Part shown: positions 62,253 through 64,000 of the stretch, piece by piece
How the letters are laid out: every line of letters begins with the position of its first letter
How positions within the stretch are numbered: the first letter of the stretch is position 1
Origin: Macrostomum hystrix
Taxonomy: Eukaryota > Animalia > Platyhelminthes
Assembly: GCA_950097015.1 (NCBI GenBank)
Contig: CATNEN010000038.1
Span: 31,496,001-31,560,000 of the forward strand
Length of the DNA: 64,000 nt
Direction: 5' to 3'
Position numbers and translations under genes: made by a program
The notes under the pieces: model-generated
The model's input: only the letters and a program-made list of their open reading frames with translations
Databases searched by the model: none
Told to the model about the DNA's origin: nothing

Positions 62253-63220
62253 CTACCCAAGGAGGCCCTGGTGCGCGAGGCCAATGGTCAGCCGCTGCAG
62301 CTCAGAGGGGAGCAGCACGCCGGCGTGAACGCTAGGCTCGTGTATCAGGGACCGGAAGCTGTGAGCGGGGGTCGCCGAGCCGCGCTGCCAGTTCCCCGTT
62401 GCCAGCGCCTCGATGACGACCTTGAGCACGGATCCCGTTCTGTTGCCTCGCGGATCTTTTCCAACGTTTTCAGACCCTTCGGAGTGGCCGCTTGGACGCC
62501 GGCGTTGAGCATCCTCGTGTCCCCGGCCTCGTCTTTGCTCTTGGCCTGGCTCGAGAGCGGGTTCCGGCTCATGGGATCTGCCGGGTTGCCCTCCCCCGTG
62601 CCGTAGTGTAGCGTGAAGGTGAAGTGCTGGGTCTGCAGCAGGATGCCTTCCAGGGTGGCGGACGGGAGTCCACCTTGGAGATACCAAGCAGCGGCTTGTG
62701 GTCGGTATAGATGTCGAAGTGAGGGCAGCCCTCGGGGTAGAAGGCGAATTTCTGGCAGCCGAACTTGACGCCGTGGGCCTCGCGCTCGATCTGGCTGTAG
62801 CGGTGCTCGACATCGCTCAAGGTGCGGCTCGCGAAGGTCACTGGGCGGACCAGCCCACCGGGGTGCCGCTGCTGCAGGATTGCATCGAGCCCCACGGGTG
62901 ATGCGTCGACGACGAGCTCGGTTGGCAGCCGCTTGTCGAAGAAGGCCAGAGTGCAGCTCTTTGAAACGCAGTCCTTAGTGGCCTGGAACGCATGCTGCTG
63001 CTCACTGTCCAAGACGAACTCCTGGCCTTTCCGTGTCAGCCGCCGGAGCGGATCGGCTTTGTCGGCGAGCTGCGGCATGAACTTCTCCAGGTCTTTGGCA
63101 AGGCCCAGGAACGAACGGACCTCCTTTACAGACTGGGGGTCCCTGAAGGCTTACAGCTCGGCGGTTTTCTCGCTGAACGGCACGTCCTCTTTCGGCACGA
63201 CGACGATGCGGCTGACCCAG
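62253..63220 (-). mobile_element. Ty3/Gypsy pol fragment (RT-RNase H connection and RNase H), frameshifted
   Basis: Motifs SFLGL, PLRRLTRKG, VDASPVGL, FASRTLSDVEHRYSQIEREA and YTDHKPL. Confidence 0.88.
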
Positions 63221-63221
63221 G

Positions 63222-63830
63222 CTGTTGTTGTTGTTGTTGGCGTACGGATCCCTCGCTAGGCATGCAAGGGACAGGTGTCATTCCACCAGCTCTTGGGCTT
63301 CTTGACACTCCCTCGCGGAACGCATCTGGCAGCGGAGAGAAGGCGTCTGCAGAACTCACTGTTGGCGGCCTCTATCGATCCGAAAGCATCAGCTGACCAA
63401 TCACGGAGCTGTTCATCGGCCTTTCCGGCGAATAGCGGCCAGTCCGCACGTTTGAGGTTGTCCTCCTGGGCTCACACGTGTCAGACTTCCGTCGTTTAAG
63501 GTCGTCTAGCTGTGGTTGATCATCAAGTCTTCGAGCTCCTCACCTGTTGCATCTGGATCTCTGAGCTGGTCCCAGCTGCCGTGCGCATTCAGATCACCGA
63601 GCAGTAGCCAGTTGCTTTCTGTTGGCCACATGTCGGTATGCAGCCTGCCGTCCCGCTCGTCTCTTGCTGAAGTGCGGACCGGCGGTCTGTAGACGTTACT
63701 GATGTAGAGAGGGCGCGTCTTGTTTCCGAGGAGCCGGATCGTGAGGTGCTGCAGCGCTGCGGTCTCTGGGACACCAAAAGCCCCCTCGACCACCTCACGG
63801 GCAAGCCCGTGCCTGACAAGGGTGCCCGCC
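63222..63830 (-). mobile_element. LINE endonuclease fragment, internally deleted, joined to a (CAA)n tail
   Basis: Motifs ISNVYRPP, LLGDLNAH and VPRG...KSWWNDTC, with a (GTT)n run at 63222-63239. Confidence 0.75.
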
Positions 63831-63889
63831 GTGATGGCCCGCTGCCACATCCGAAGGATGCCCCTGCAGCTAAGTCAAGTAGGTCAACC

Positions 63890-64000
63890 TAATTCGGAGC
63901 GAGGGTGAAGGTACAGTAGCAACACTTGTTGAGACTTAGTTCGATCTTCCAGCGGGAGCACCCGGTGTTCACTGCATCCAGGGCTGGTTGGATGACCTCC
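63890..64000 (-). mobile_element. LINE RT fragment (runs off the window)
   Basis: IQPALDAV...WKIELSLNKC resembles the post-YADD region of a non-LTR RT. Confidence 0.55.

Overview
This is a eukaryotic (metazoan) window, not a prokaryotic one. It has GT-AG spliced genes, polyQ-rich exons and many minisatellites; the style resembles a free-living flatworm such as Macrostomum, but the organism is inferred only. The left ~42 kb holds four minus-strand host genes: an AP-2/TFAP2 transcription factor, an uncharacterised type-I membrane protein, a DEG/ENaC channel subunit and alpha-endosulfine/ARPP-19. Most of their larger introns and spacers are filled by a different tandem repeat. This part also contains a tRNA-derived repeat carrying a type-I hammerhead ribozyme (13.0-13.7 kb) and two hAT-like MITEs. 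The right ~19 kb is a nest of transposons: a MULE/NOF-like DNA transposase gene split by a full-length LINE with both ORFs open, a mariner split by a LINE 3' end, and decayed RNase H-LINE and Gypsy fragments. The main candidate novelty is that LINE's ORF1, which begins with a catalytically complete AlkB (ALKBH2/3-like, 2OG-Fe(II)) dioxygenase fused to a coiled coil and a degenerate SGNH-like domain, so the retrotransposon appears to carry its own nucleic-acid demethylase. The second highlight is the hammerhead ribozyme sitting between the A and B boxes of a tRNA-like Pol III promoter in a circularly permuted repeat. Most long ORFs in the supplied track over 0-35 kb are translations of satellites.
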